Assembly: GCA_964187785.1 (NCBI GenBank)
Contig: OZ076411.1
Coordinates: 93,124,001 to 93,188,000, forward strand
Direction: 5' to 3'
DNA from: Amphiscolops sp. MND2022
Lineage: Eukaryota
Length of the DNA stretch: 64,000 bases
The position numbers were made by a program, and so were the translations under genes. The notes under the pieces were generated by a model, which was not told the origin of the DNA, ran no database searches, and was given only the letters and a program-made list of their open reading frames with translations. This document shows, in pieces, positions 1 through 11,929 of this stretch (position 1 is its first letter; each line of letters starts with the position of its first letter).

Positions 1-194
1 TTCAATATCGGGTGAAAGCTCCCCGGTTAATTTTAGCAAGAACCAACAGATTTTTATCGACTTGAAATTTAGGCAACAATAGAGGTAAAATTGAAGAGTC
101 CCATTTGTTTATCACAGCACTGTACAAGTGGTCAGCCTTCAAACTGCTGCAGTAGTGAAAGTGAACAAGACGCCCGCTAAGCTAAAATGTAACG

Positions 195-266
195 CATCAG
201 CCAGGTTCGAACCCACGACCTCATGTCTGCCAGGCAGACGCACTATCAACTGCACCATGGTGACTA
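195..266 (-). repeat. tRNA-derived SINE head or tRNA pseudogene
   Basis: Minus strand reads GTCACCATGGTGCAGTTGATAGTGCGTCTGCCTGGCAGACATGAGGTCGTGGGTTCGAACCTGGCTGATG. It has an A-box-like TGGTGCAGTTG, a B-box GGTTCGAACC and a GTCTG/CAGAC stem. The anticodon loop is non-canonical and the acceptor stem is poor. Confidence 0.5.
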
Positions 267-441
267 GACGTTACTAAATGGAGTAATAAAGTAGAGCTCA
301 AGTAATCAAAATAGTCAAGTAGTGGATGGAGATCGTGGATATTTGGCAGAAATTGGAAAAAAAACGCAACACAAATTATGATTTTCCACTCCCATTATAT
401 GTAGGCGCAAAATAACAAAGCAAAGCGAAGCATCAACCAAC

Positions 442-708
442 CAATGAGCTCGCTCCAGGTGAGCCACTCGTCACAGTCGTCGAGAGAGTACGAGTCGCCC
501 TCGGAGGCCCAGCAACACTGCTCCCTGTTGAACCACAGCTGCGGGCCACCTCCACCCCCACCCCCGCCACTCCCGTTGGACACTCCAGCAGCAGAAGAGG
601 GGGAGTGAGTGGACGAGGACTGGCCTCCACACAGTCCGTACTTCAGGTCCGTCATCCACTGGGCGCCTATGTCGATGATGGAGGCCACGCTGCCAGCCAG
701 ACAACCCA
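442..708 (-). CDS. CLCN3/4/5: CLC-3/4/5-type Cl-/H+ exchanger, coding exon 4 of those visible (gene continues left of the window)
   Basis: Translates GCLAGSVASIIDIGAQWMTDLKYGLC...LWFNREQCCW...CDEWLTWSELI, matching the ClC-3/4/5 motif DWMTDLKEGIC...LWYNHEQCCW...W. Acceptor ggcag at 709-713 is in phase 1. The donor position (442/441) is approximate. Confidence 0.88.
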
Positions 709-1054
709 CTGCCAACACAACACAACACAACCTGTTGACATACCTGTTAAACATTTGTTTGTTGCTTCTAACCCGGGGCCACTCCGACACTGCAAGTTGA
801 CCACTTGCAATGACCCTCATGGCCAATAGAATTTGATCAAATTTTGAAAACATTCGTTAGCAGGGTCTTGAAAAACAACTATTATAGTCTGCTTTTTTCG
901 AATGCACCGAATCAAGTTTCCGACATAATAGTTATGCAATGATCCATGAAATAATTGTGGTGGAACGGAATGAACCCCTGTTTGCAAAGTTGCCGCCCCC
1001 AAGCGAGAGAGAGAGAGACAGAGAGGAGGGGGTGTTGGTGTGTTAGGTGCTCAC

Positions 1055-1255
1055 CCAAAAAGACGCAAATCCAGGCGTTGAGAGAGTCGTAGTATCTCAG
1101 CACGGTGCACTTCCACGTGTTGCCAGCGGCGTTGCACCGCTTGATGAGCTGCCGGTGTCTGGACCTGTCTCTCTGGATGTCGCGCACCCAGTCTATCGTG
1201 TGGAAGTCCCCGTAACTGTAGCCGCCCCCAAAAGCGCCACCCTGATCCGCTTCAT
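1055..1255 (-). CDS. CLCN3/4/5: CLC-3/4/5-type exchanger, exon 3
   Basis: Translates ...GGYSYGDFHTIDWVRDIQRDRSRHRQL...YYDSLNAWICVFL, the hallmark DFHTIDW motif. Acceptor cacag and donor gtgagc; 201 nt, phase 1 at both ends, in frame with the neighbouring exons. Confidence 0.9.
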
Positions 1256-2111
1256 CTGTGCAACAACAACAACAACTGATGTCACTACTTCGCCACTACT
1301 TAGCATCACATATTCGACATTTGGTTTTTTTTCGCTTAACTCATCAAATTTTTTGAACAGAGTAATTTGAACCTCGAAAAGAAAAAGGGTAACTATTTGG
1401 GCACTCATTTCGCTTGCTTCACTACTCGACTGTTAATAGTACAATGCCTGTACTTGGTCTATCAAAGTATGTGAATCGTGTGAATCTGTTTCACTCGTTT
1501 TCAGAGGCACTGCACAGAAACGACAGCACTAGATAAAAAAGATGAAGGATGGTTTCACGCTCGCCGAATCGACCAATACTTTTCCAACAGTTTGCTACGA
1601 TTGTCCGCGATGATGAGAGATGCTGTGTTTCAAAAACTAAAACACGCAGTACTTATGTGTTCAGAAGAAACTGGTGATTTTAGTATCCAAAAAATCTTTT
1701 CTTCTTTGTCCAGTTAAGAAAAGTCGCTTCCGGTAAAAACGATATGAATAAAGAACTGATACAGTGCTGATACACTGGAAAACTACGCTGAGCAAACTTA
1801 TATATCAATCTTTTCAACGCTTCTTGTTTTTAATCTTTTCTAATCCACTCAAACTCGGTTTGAAATGTTGCACAACTGTGGAATGACACTTTGGTTAGGG
1901 GGTTGATACACCTATCTGATATAATTGTCTATTGATCTATTCTTTCACATGTCCAGTCTACTGTGTAGACTTCCCTGCACTGTTGTTCTGAATGTAAATG
2001 TAAACTCTTTTGAATTGTAACTCCAACACGCCAGTAATATATAAGTCCTACCATCCAGTTGTTTCTATATCTAGCCCCAAAACTGCAGTTCTGTTAGCGT
2101 CTCTTGAAGTA

Positions 2112-2289
2112 CACTCAACTCCGTTTAAAACGATTACGTTTATAACGATATTCCGGTTATAGCGATAGAGTTTCACGGTCCCGGCCACGATGCTAGTATA
2201 TAACTATTTTCGCCTATAACGATATTCGAATATAACTATTCAAAAATACCGGTCAATCCCCGGGCAATCGTTATAAGCGGAGTTGAATG
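2112..2289. mobile_element. Tc1/mariner-type MITE in a CLC intron
   Basis: Imperfect ~22-bp TIRs (cactcaactccgtttaaaacga versus reverse complement cattcaactccgcttataacga), flanked by TA on both sides. Confidence 0.7.
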
Positions 2290-2363
2290 TACTAACTTCT
2301 AAGATTGAACATGAAACCAATAACAAAGCCAAGCACTATAGGTTAGTGCCAATACATACGCAC

Positions 2364-2525
2364 CTTCAGCAGAGCCCCCGTTGACGTCACAGTGAGCGGC
2401 AGTGCCCCCGACGCCCCCAGCAGCAGAGGCGGCACAAGAGTCCTCAGTGGCGAAGAGGCGACTGGTGCCGTGCGAGAAGTCAGACACCTTCTTGAAGTCG
2501 TACGCCGCCGCTTCACTCGACATGC
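2364..2525 (-). CDS. CLCN3/4/5: CLC-3/4/5-type exchanger, exon 2
   Basis: Acceptor ggcag at 2526-2530 and donor gtgcgt at 2363; 162 nt, phase 1/1. Encodes (G)MSSEAAAYDF...VNGGSAE(D); NGGS parallels TNGGS of the vertebrate ClC-3 N-terminus. Confidence 0.7.
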
Positions 2526-2705
2526 CTGCCGGGGGGGCACAAAAACAACACTCATCACATCAGGGCTTTAAAATATCGGATTGCAATAATATTGTGACTC
2601 ATATTACAATTATTGTTATTGTCAGTAGATCAAAAAACATTTTTTTGCTATTTTTAGTCGGCGCTTCATGAAGTGAAAGGCGACTATTATAGTGACTCTT
2701 TTTTT

Positions 2706-3270
2706 CTATCCACACGAACTGACCAAAATAGTTCTACAAATTATTGCATCAAAATGCACTATTTGGTCTAGCGAACTGAACCAAAAAGGTTTTTCCGCGT
2801 AACATACCATACCGGGCGAGACCAAATACTCCCCCCTTTCATTTTTTTTCGGCACTGCGAGACTTTTTTTTCGAAAAAAAATTTTTCCCCAAAGGGCCCC
2901 CCTGCATTTTTTTGATGTTTTGCGACCGAATGGATGTTGAAAAATCCCAAAGGGTCCCTCCCCCCCTTCAGTTTTTTTCGGCATTGTGAGATTTTTTCCC
3001 GAAAATGAAAATTTTTGTTTTCTTCAATTTTTTCATGTTTTGCGACAGAATGGATGTTGAAAAACCACAAAGGGTCCCCCCTTTCAGTTTTTCGGCATTG
3101 TGAGCCCCGGCGCGCCACTCTGTCCATTTTTTTGAGTAGGTAATTTTTTCGAAAATTTTTTTAAGAATTCGATTTTCGAGTACTGTAAAAGAGTACTTGA
3201 CACCTGGAAGTCTTTTTGCTATTTTTGAGCCTTGGATATGGCGCCGACTTGGGCCGGTCCCGGCTTGTTT
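2706..3270. repeat. Dispersed repeat built of ~120-bp imperfect tandem units
   Basis: Repeated units ...ttgcgac(c/a)gaatggatgttgaaaa...aaagggtccc...ttcagtttt...cggcattgtgag. The ORFs here are repetitive and K-rich, not real genes. Confidence 0.6.
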
Positions 3271-4627
3271 TTAATAAATAAGGGACCATGCGTAATAAAA
3301 CCCATTTTTTCATGCTGGGACAAATATGAAAGAAGGCCGTCGTTAAAAGGAGGGCGAGTAGGAAAAGGTTGAAGAGGGGGCCGTATTCGCTGCAAGCTGC
3401 AGAGCCTCCTTGCGGTGTCACTAACGGTCCTATATTCTGATAATATTCTGATAAAAACAATTATTGGAAGAATTATTAAATTATTGTCACAGGGAAAACA
3501 ATTATTGTCAAAATTGCAGCAAAAGCTCCGCAACGGTACGAGTGTCCCAGTATTTTTCATTGAACTTCAGAAAAACTTGCGCCTCGAGATTGACAGGTGA
3601 AATTCGTTTCCGATAATCAATATATACTGCACGGACTAGGCTGTTTTTTGAAGGAAGGCATATTCAATGTCATAATGTAAAGTTTATTAACTTTCCGATA
3701 GCAAAAATGGATTTTTTTATTCGAATGAACTTTCAATATTTGCTCATTAAACATATTGTTTTCATGTTTTGTTTGTTTGATAAATCATTTGTTTGAGAGC
3801 TTTCAATTTTGATATCCATGTCAGAAAGAAAACATTCGCCGGTTGATTGAAAGTTCTTGAGTCATTGTGAAAGTACTTCGAATGGTTTTTGGGGATATAT
3901 AGCCATTTTGTTGCGATGTGGGATTAGAAAATCAAAATGGACTGAGTAGCTACTTGAGCGAGATGAAAATAATTCCACAAGAGGGCCCCTGGAGTGCACC
4001 ACAACAAGTATTGGTGCATCATGCCGGTATTTCGAATGGTTTCGGATATTAATGGCCTTCTGGCTGGAAATGGTTTTATAAGATCAACCCACCAATGTTT
4101 TTCACAAAAAAAATATATGACGGAGCTTGCAGGTGTTCAATGCTTCAGCACCAGAACATGGGCCATCGCTTCGTGCACCTTCAGAGGAAGACGTTTTAAT
4201 GCATCACAAATTCTCACAAAAAGAAAATACTCTTAGAAAACCAAATAGGCAAAAGGTCGAATTTGATCAATGAACATTTTTGACACAAAATTACGAAGTA
4301 CCTGTGTAAGATAAAGAAAGGATCTTCCGGCACTTAAGATATCAGGCTATTTCAGGTGAAGAATTGGACAGAACGCTTCCGAAAAAAGTGCAGGAAAAAC
4401 TTTAAGGGGTATTTGGTACTCCTGCTTCCGAGGCAGAAGCTCGTGGTGACTACCGGGCCGCATTAAAAAAGCGTTCCGAGCTGGTCACTAGTTTCAGGCC
4501 GAAATAGCTGGAAACAAAAACCTATAAGATTTCGTTCATAAAGAAAACTGAGAATAAAGAATGTCTTTTACTACAGGAAAAAGGATTGCGATGATTAGCA
4601 AGGGTAGTGAAACGTTAAAATACCAAC

Positions 4628-4967
4628 CTTGCAAAAGCCGCTCGTCGTCTTCACTGGTGTTACTTGCTAAAGTTTTGTAGTGTCTGTTTGAGCCGTTGAT
4701 CATCCTGTCGACCTTGGGCAGCGCTGAAGCAGCCGCAGTAGATATTGATTTAAGAGGCGACTTAATTTTGCTAGAGTCTTTTGGGTTCGCTTCCTCCGAT
4801 TCAACTTTGGAAACTATAACTGTTTCAGGTAATTCGTTCAATTCAAATTTGGTAGGTGAAACTTCTTCCAAAGGATGGGAAACTGTAAGCTGGGAGTCTA
4901 TAAAAATTGGAGTGTCTGTTATAAAAGTATCGGCATGCAAATCTAAAGGATTGGTGTCAGAAGACAT
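4628..4967 (-). CDS. CLCN3/4/5: CLC-3/4/5-type exchanger, probable first coding exon
   Basis: ORF MSSDTNPL... ends ...SNTSEDDERLLQG at donor gttggt (4627), phase 1, compatible with exon 2. TSEDDERLLQG resembles TSEDDNLLDG of ClC-3. Confidence 0.65.
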
Positions 4968-5578
4968 GGGAGGCTGCCTTCCAACAGCGTGAAAGAAGCA
5001 TAGATTACATTCACCTAGAACAATAGGTTTTCATTGGTTTATAGTGTAACGTGCAGCAAGAGACGTACACATACTCGCGCTCGGAGTTTTTTCTCTTTTT
5101 TGTTTTTCCTCCATCAGATATCATGGATCTCTTCGCCATCAATCAAGTGCCATGTGTATCATCATGTTGGGGGGGGGAGAGAAGACATCCAAAGTTTGCA
5201 ACGAAAGTAGGGAACCCCGTACCAGCCACTATCCCAGTAGACCAACAAACTACTGATACCAGCCACTATCCCAGTCGACCGGTAGAAACATTTTTAGAAA
5301 AAGCTGCAATGATGAGACTTGAAAAAACTAGATGTAATAAATTTCTTCGAACTCATCTGTCGCTCACAGTTCCTAGAACACAGGCCGCATTGCGATCTGA
5401 AGAGCCATTGAAATCCGTTGCTTCAAAAAGGTGCCAGCTCGTTGATCGTCGTGAGAACGACAGAGCATTTTACAGAGACGCGTGATGAAAATTTCACCTC
5501 TCCCGCCTGTCAAGGTTTGCCATCCGCCTCGCAAGGCGAGAATGATCGAATGGTGAGCCACGATCCCTAAGGTTCAAG

Positions 5579-5924
5579 GGGTGGGCGGAAGTAGGTCGAA
5601 GGAACGGGATCGAAAATCAGAGTTAGTCCTCAGGTCGACATACCAAATTTTTGAATGGGATCGAAACAACTCGGATCGAAATTTTTATAACGTAACATAT
5701 GTTCACATACCCCTAGTGCCCTGAATGCAGGAGCGAAGCGAAGCGGAGCGACGAGTCATATGGCCATGCCTCAAAGTTGCTACTTGGCGAAGGGAGCGAA
5801 GCGACCGAGCCATACAACAAATACGATAAAATTCGACCGCATTCCATTCGATCCCTGCAATTCGATCAAAAGGTTCGACCTCTGTCATTTCGACCAGAAA
5901 AATTCGACCTATTTACAGCCACCC
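5579..5924. mobile_element. MITE-like element inserted in the Copia 5' region
   Basis: Terminal inverted repeats gggtgggcggaagtaggtcgaa and ttcgacctatttacagccaccc, with many internal (t)tcga motifs. Confidence 0.6.
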
Positions 5925-6427
5925 AGGGCTTCGGGCAATAAGTTCGATTTACTAAGTTCGAATTTGAACTAGTGCAATAAGTTCGAATGGAATAGTTTCG
6001 AGACACCAAGTTCGAATTTTCAAATCGGGCATATCCGGTGTAAACTGGACATCATTCACACAAGAACCTGAGAGCTCCACCGCCTAGGATCTAAAGGATT
6101 CTGAAAACTGAAATGTGGGGCATACCCGGTGTATGCACGCTCGCCCTCACCGTCGCAAAGACCAGCTCCCACTACGATCGCTTCGCGATCTCCGTTCCCG
6201 CTAGGTCTTTGCTCCTGTTCGACCTCGCTTAGCAAGATGGGAACATAAGCGGCCCCAAGGGGCCGCGGGGCACTAGATGAAAAGGGGAAATATCAGGGGC
6301 ACGTATTATACATAGTCCAAAGTTCGAACACAGTGATTCGCACTTGTTCCGGTTTTTGGAAAAATCGAACTTAGTCCGTTCGAAATTAAAATTCGAACTT
6401 ATGCGTTCGAACTTATTACCGTGCCCC
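5925..6427. mobile_element. Second MITE-like element (or two halves) stacked against the first
   Basis: gggcttcgggcaataagttcga is an imperfect inverted match to ttcgaacttattaccgtgccc; arrays of aagttcgaa occur at both ends. Confidence 0.45.
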
Positions 6428-9400
6428 CACCACTTTACTCTCGACAAGATAAGCAGCCGCTTAGAGGACAAGATAATGACTTCCCCACTTTTCTGGAGCA
6501 GTTCGAAGCAAGAGTCTATGCCCTGAAATTTTCTGATTGCCTTCTGAACAGAATCAAAACAACACCTCAAAAAGTTGTGGAGACGAACGACCAACGTGTC
6601 AAGCGAGAGGAGGAAGAAGCAGATCTAGCTAAACTCCAGTACATGGTGTGGTGTGAGCTGGTTCAGTGCCTTGACAAGGCAAGCATCAACTTCATCAGAG
6701 GGCCCAAGTCAAATGGGACCGCAGCCTCGACAGCTTTGACGAGCCTCCACTAATCAAGTGAACGGCCTCGTGTTCAATCACTGATGACACAGCTCACTGG
6801 TCGCAAGATGACATCAGAGGAGAAGGAGACTGACTACCTCACCAAACCAGAAAACCTCAAACTGGATCTGGCTGAAGCGGGAATTTGGTCTCAGGTGCTC
6901 TCTTCACTAAGATGATTCTCAAGGGTCTTCGAAGTTTTTTCGACAGTGTGGTGGCAGTCCTCAACTTCGGCACAACAAAGGGGTACTACGAGATGAAGCA
7001 GGACTTGGCCAACTTCGCAACAACCAGAGTCTCTGTGCTTCCAGCGAGAGATCGAGACAGCCTTGGGGAAGCCTCCAAAGTGCTTCAGCTGTGGGGCACC
7101 GAGCTAAAGACTGCCACAGTCGGGAGACGAGGGGTTGCTTCAACTGTAGTCAGAAGGGGCATTTGGCTTCATCTTGCAAAAAGGGACAGCAGAGGAGCTC
7201 AAGTGGAGGATGTGGCTCGGGTCAATCCAGTAACCATTCATCAGCGGACTTCTTCAGCTTCGACATGGGGAACTTTGACTCTGGGTGCAACTGCTTAATG
7301 ATCAAGAATAGACAGCTCTTCTCTGATCTGGACGAGGGTTTTCTGGCAGACGTATGCAACGCTTACAGCAGTCGTTCAGAGATCAAGGGACGCGGGACAG
7401 TGCAATGCTTTGTAAGGACAATACGGGCCGTTCTTGTCTACTGGGTACCATCCTACGCGAGGAATCTGGCGCCAGTCAAGCGATTGACGGACAAGAGGGC
7501 AGTGATCCAGTTCAATGACAACCCAACCATCAAGATGCCCAATAGAACTGTTGTGCCAATGATGACAAACGATGGGCTTTTAAGCGTGATGGCTCAACCT
7601 GTGGAGACGTGTTCACTGACAATGATGTCTCACTCTATCAAGCACTGGCGTCGAGTGATGGGGTACAACAAGTGGCACGATGTGGCAAAGTTGCAGCACG
7701 AGGTTGTGGGCATAAAAACTTTGGCTCCAAAAAGAACAAAAAGAAGACGAACTGCAACATCTGCTGTACCGAAAAGGCGAAGCCTGCATGCATTCCGAAG
7801 ACGTCGGGCACTCGAGCGAAAACGAAACTGGCTATCGTTCACACAGACGTACACGGACACATTCAACAGGATTCCACGAGGTTTTTCGCTATGCACTGGG
7901 CTTCATCGACAATTACAGCTGATTTGAGGCAGTATACTCAATGAAGTCAAAGGATGAGGTCACCGCAAAAGTACAACGATTCATCATCGATATTGGCAGC
8001 GCCGGTACCTTGTTCTCAGACGGGGCTCTCGAGTTCAAGTGAAAGCAGTTCAGTGACTTGTGCACATCCAATGGCATCAAACAAGAGTTCTCTGCTCCCT
8101 AAACACCCGAAGAAAACGGCAAAGTTGAGCGAGCATGGGACACTGTGACTGGCATGACACGATGCTGATGACAACTGCAGGGGTCGCAAAGCAGTTCTGG
8201 CCTTTTGCTCTTTCAACTGCCATCTACCTGTAGAATTGATCAATCCAGTCGGCGCATGGCAAGACCACTTTTGAGATGTTTCACGGAAGTAAGCCTGACC
8301 TTTCACATCTTCACGTGTTTGGACGCCAGTCGTTTGTGCTCAACGAAGTCAGGAAGAAGCTGGACAGCAAGGCACGAGAAGCTATTTTACTGGGATACTC
8401 GGGAACCTCCAAAGCATATGTCATGGCCTCCAAAAACGGGTCAGAAACAAGGGCACCAAAGGTCTGGCTGTCACTAAAAGTCTCAACGTGGATCTGCAGT
8501 CACTCAAGAGGAAAGCGAGGTTGATGAAGAATCTCAATCGGATGTTGATGATCTGAAATGGGGTTAGATGAACAATGCGAGGCCACATCTACGAAGTCCC
8601 ATGCAAACCAGGCCGAATCAGAGGAAAACACCAATCCAGATGAAGGGACACCTAATGTTACAGACAGTACAACAGCAGTGCGGCAGACGACAACCAGATG
8701 TTCGGGAAGGACTCAAAGGGCGCCTTAACACTTCGGCGATTATGTGACAGGGAAAGAATTGGAGAACCTGGCACCTCACTGTGATGCTTTGTTTTCAAGC
8801 GGCCTCCCAAGCAGTACAACAGACGCCGTGGCGGATCCCAACTGGAAAGCAGCGATGGACATGCTTCTCAAATCTTTCGAAAAAAATTTGTCTGGGAGCT
8901 GGTCAAGACACCATCAGAATAAGGCATCATCAGCGGAAAGTGGCCTTTTGCTCACAAACTAGATGACGAAGGAAACGTGGTAAAGTACAATGCACGATTT
9001 GTGGCACGGAGGTTTACTCAGACGCCGGGAATTGATTTTCACGACAGCTACTCACCAACGGCGAAGCTGTCTACACTCAGAACTGTCCTGGCATGTAAGG
9101 TGAAGCTGGGTATGCATTGCGATCAGATGGACATATGGACATAAAAAGAGCATACCTGAACGCACCAATTCAAGAAGAAATCTACATTGAGCAGCCAGAG
9201 GGGTACTGCAAAGGCAATCAAATGTTGTGCAAGCTTTAGCGGTCACTTTATGGACTGAAGCAATTAAGGCGCAATTGGTTTGAGTGTCTCCCCTCTCATC
9301 TTTTTGAGTTCAACTTCAAGGTACCCTTGCTTGCTGACTTTAACGATGAATGGTCACAAGTATTGGATAGTGGTTTGGGTGGATGATATTATCTACGGGT

Positions 9401-10562
9401 CAACTGACAGTCAGTTTACCACATGGTTCAATGACAAGATGAGTGAGCGGCTTAACATTGGCGAAAGCGGTCCTCCGACCTTCTTCTTGGAAATTTCCTT
9501 CGAGTGGGGAGACAGTTTGCTGACAATGAAGCATCGGAAATATGTGACCCACTTCGCAAACACGGTATGGGCGAGTGCAAGGCAGCTTCAACGCCACTCG
9601 CAGACAAGCTGGAGCTGACGAAGGATCAGATGCCAGAAGACGGATCAGACGAGCAACAAATGTTGAGACATGACTACAGAGGTCTAGTGGGTAGCATTGC
9701 TTTACTCTCACTGTCCACTCGACCTGACTTGGCATTCCCGGCGCACCTACTGTCTCGATTTCTTAGCAACCATGAGTTTGCTCACTGGCAATTCCTCAGA
9801 GGCACATCTGACGTGGGCATCACTTTCATGAAGTGCAATGTGACAGGCCTAAACAGGTACACGGACTCAGACTATGCCAGCTGCAAGGAGGATAGACGAA
9901 GCATCACTGTTTTCTGATTCAATGTAGGAAAAGGGGCAATATATGTAGGAAAAGGAGTAAAAAGTTCATGCCTCGAGCGAAGCCGTAAAGGAAGCGGTGC
10001 ATTCGCGGGGGATTCTGTATACCCTTGGAGAATCAGTAGAGACGACTTTGTTCAGGGACAGTCAATAGTGCTTAGCATTGGCAACCAGAGATGATAACAG
10101 TGCAAAGACGAAACACTTTGCAACTTTGCTGACCTATGTGCGGGAGACAGTAAAGAATCATTCGATTGATATGAGGTTCTCTGCAAGTGGTGACAATTGC
10201 GCTGACATTTTCACGAACGGACCGGGTAGGACGAAGACACAACAACACCTTGCTCAGCTGTCAGCAATGCTGGGGTGCGAAGGTTTGCCATCCACCTCGC
10301 AAGGCGGGAATGATCGAATGGTGAGCCACGACCACTAAGGTTCAAGTACCTGCCAGATGAGATCGCGCACCCAACTTTTGATGCCGCACATTCATGGACC
10401 TGTTTGTGCGATACAACAGTCGACTCTTGATACCGCACAATTTTTGGTTCACTGACGGGTACCTGTCGCGGTGCTATATATACCCGATGCTGAACCACCT
10501 CTACCATCAAATGCAATTGTAAATACATAAACCAAGTCTGATCATAACTAATCAATCTCAAT

Positions 10563-11030
10563 TCAGTTCTCCATGCATACCCAACCTGTTTTAAAATCAC
10601 CTAAAGGACCCTGTACTTCCAAGGCCACCGGTTGAAAAATGTATCCATTGTCTCTTAATTCGTGATTCTTCTCAAGTTTACGCGCTTCAGCCTCGGTGGC
10701 GTTGGTTCCCGGGTTGCAATGGGCGACTTGATTCAGACGAGTGGGTGCAAGAGTGTCCAGAACCGTTACATCCCACACCATTGTTTACCCATTTCTCAAG
10801 GAATCAAGGTAACACCGCGTGGGCGTTTGCCATGAGCTCCGCACAGTCCACGTGGTTCGAGAATTGAAGGCAAGTCGAGAGATCCTAACGTCTGCTTTAT
10901 GAGAGAATTGAGAGTTAGTATGACGTGAGAAGCGACTAGCACACTTGGTGCAAGAAAGACTGTGTAAACCGTCCCGTTCAACTCTTTTACCACAGTGGCA
11001 CGTATGCGCAACACAAATGATAGCTCCGAG
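10563..11030 (-). mobile_element. CRE-clade-like non-LTR retrotransposon fragment (restriction-like endonuclease domain)
   Basis: [38 protein letters not shown] then WDVTVLDTLA...AEARKLEK...FQPVALEVQGPLG, matching the RLE consensus (LEP.GL...GKRPDG.TL.PW...WD.T..D.LA...AE..K..KY...F.P.A.E..G..G). Confidence 0.75.
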
Positions 11031-11929
11031 ACGTGCTAATATGTACGAAACTTGTTTAATTTGAAAAGGTTAGCATATTCGATGTATGGCTTGGTCGCTT
11101 CGATCCCTTCGCCAAGTAATAACATTGAGGCATGGCCAAATGGCACGTCGCTCCGCGTTTGGATTCTAGGGGTAGGTGAACTTAGCTGACTACGTTTTAA
11201 TAACTCCGACAAAAACTGACATGCGTTTGCAGCCTAGTAAACCCAATTCGATTTCATTTTCCAATAAGATTGAAACAAACAATATTCCGCCCCTTGAGAC
11301 CAATTTTTAATTTTCTGCTGCCTAAACTTTCGACTGTTTGGTAATTCCCTCTTCCAACTGCAAAAACAACGAAAACTCTTCCACAACAAGAGAGCGAAAA
11401 AGGAGTACCTTGGTTTCCAAACTTGAGATAATCACAGCAAAAGTTCCATCCATGAGAAAATTGCATAACGTCGTAAAATCAAATTCCACGTATCGTGAAA
11501 TGTATAGTTGTGTTTTAAGGTATCATTTTGGTTCAGACGACATAAATGTATGAAATAAATGTTCTATATGACACTAATTCTATAAATAGAGGTTTCGTTT
11601 CCATAAAATCCTCAATTTACCGTAATCTGTCGAGCAACTTCTGCAACATGCAAAGAATCCGATAACCACAAGAAATCTCTCCTATCCTGTTAGTTCTTAC
11701 TTCCTAACATAAAGGTCTGCTTAGAAGATCCCATTTTTTTCGACACTAGAATAGTTTTGCAGATGAATACCCACTTGTATTTACGAGCATTTGCCCCAAG
11801 AGTTTTCATTCCATCTGTCCTTCAAGTATAGTTTGCTCCAAAATATCGTAAGGTTAAAAATTGAAACCCGTCCTGTTATCTTTTATTTAGCGTCACGAAT
11901 GGAATCAAGCCAAGAATCAACAAAAAAGG

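Larger units (their letters stand above)
5512..10346 (+). mobile_element. Decayed Ty1/Copia LTR retrotransposon
   Basis: Domain order is gag (from ~6430; zinc knuckle CFNCSQKGHLASSC), protease (DSGCNCLM), integrase (VHTDVHG; KVERAWDT), RT (KYNARFVARRFTQTPGIDF; VWVDDIIY), RNase H (YTDSDYASCKEDRRS; KTKHF...DNCADIFT). Integrase before RT indicates Copia. Many frameshifts and stops. A 67-nt direct repeat at 5512-5578 and 10280-10346 is a probable LTR remnant. Confidence 0.9.

Noticed and set aside
2706-3560. ORFs of 92-119 aa
   Set aside because: They are translations of a tandem/dispersed repeat with no protein motifs.
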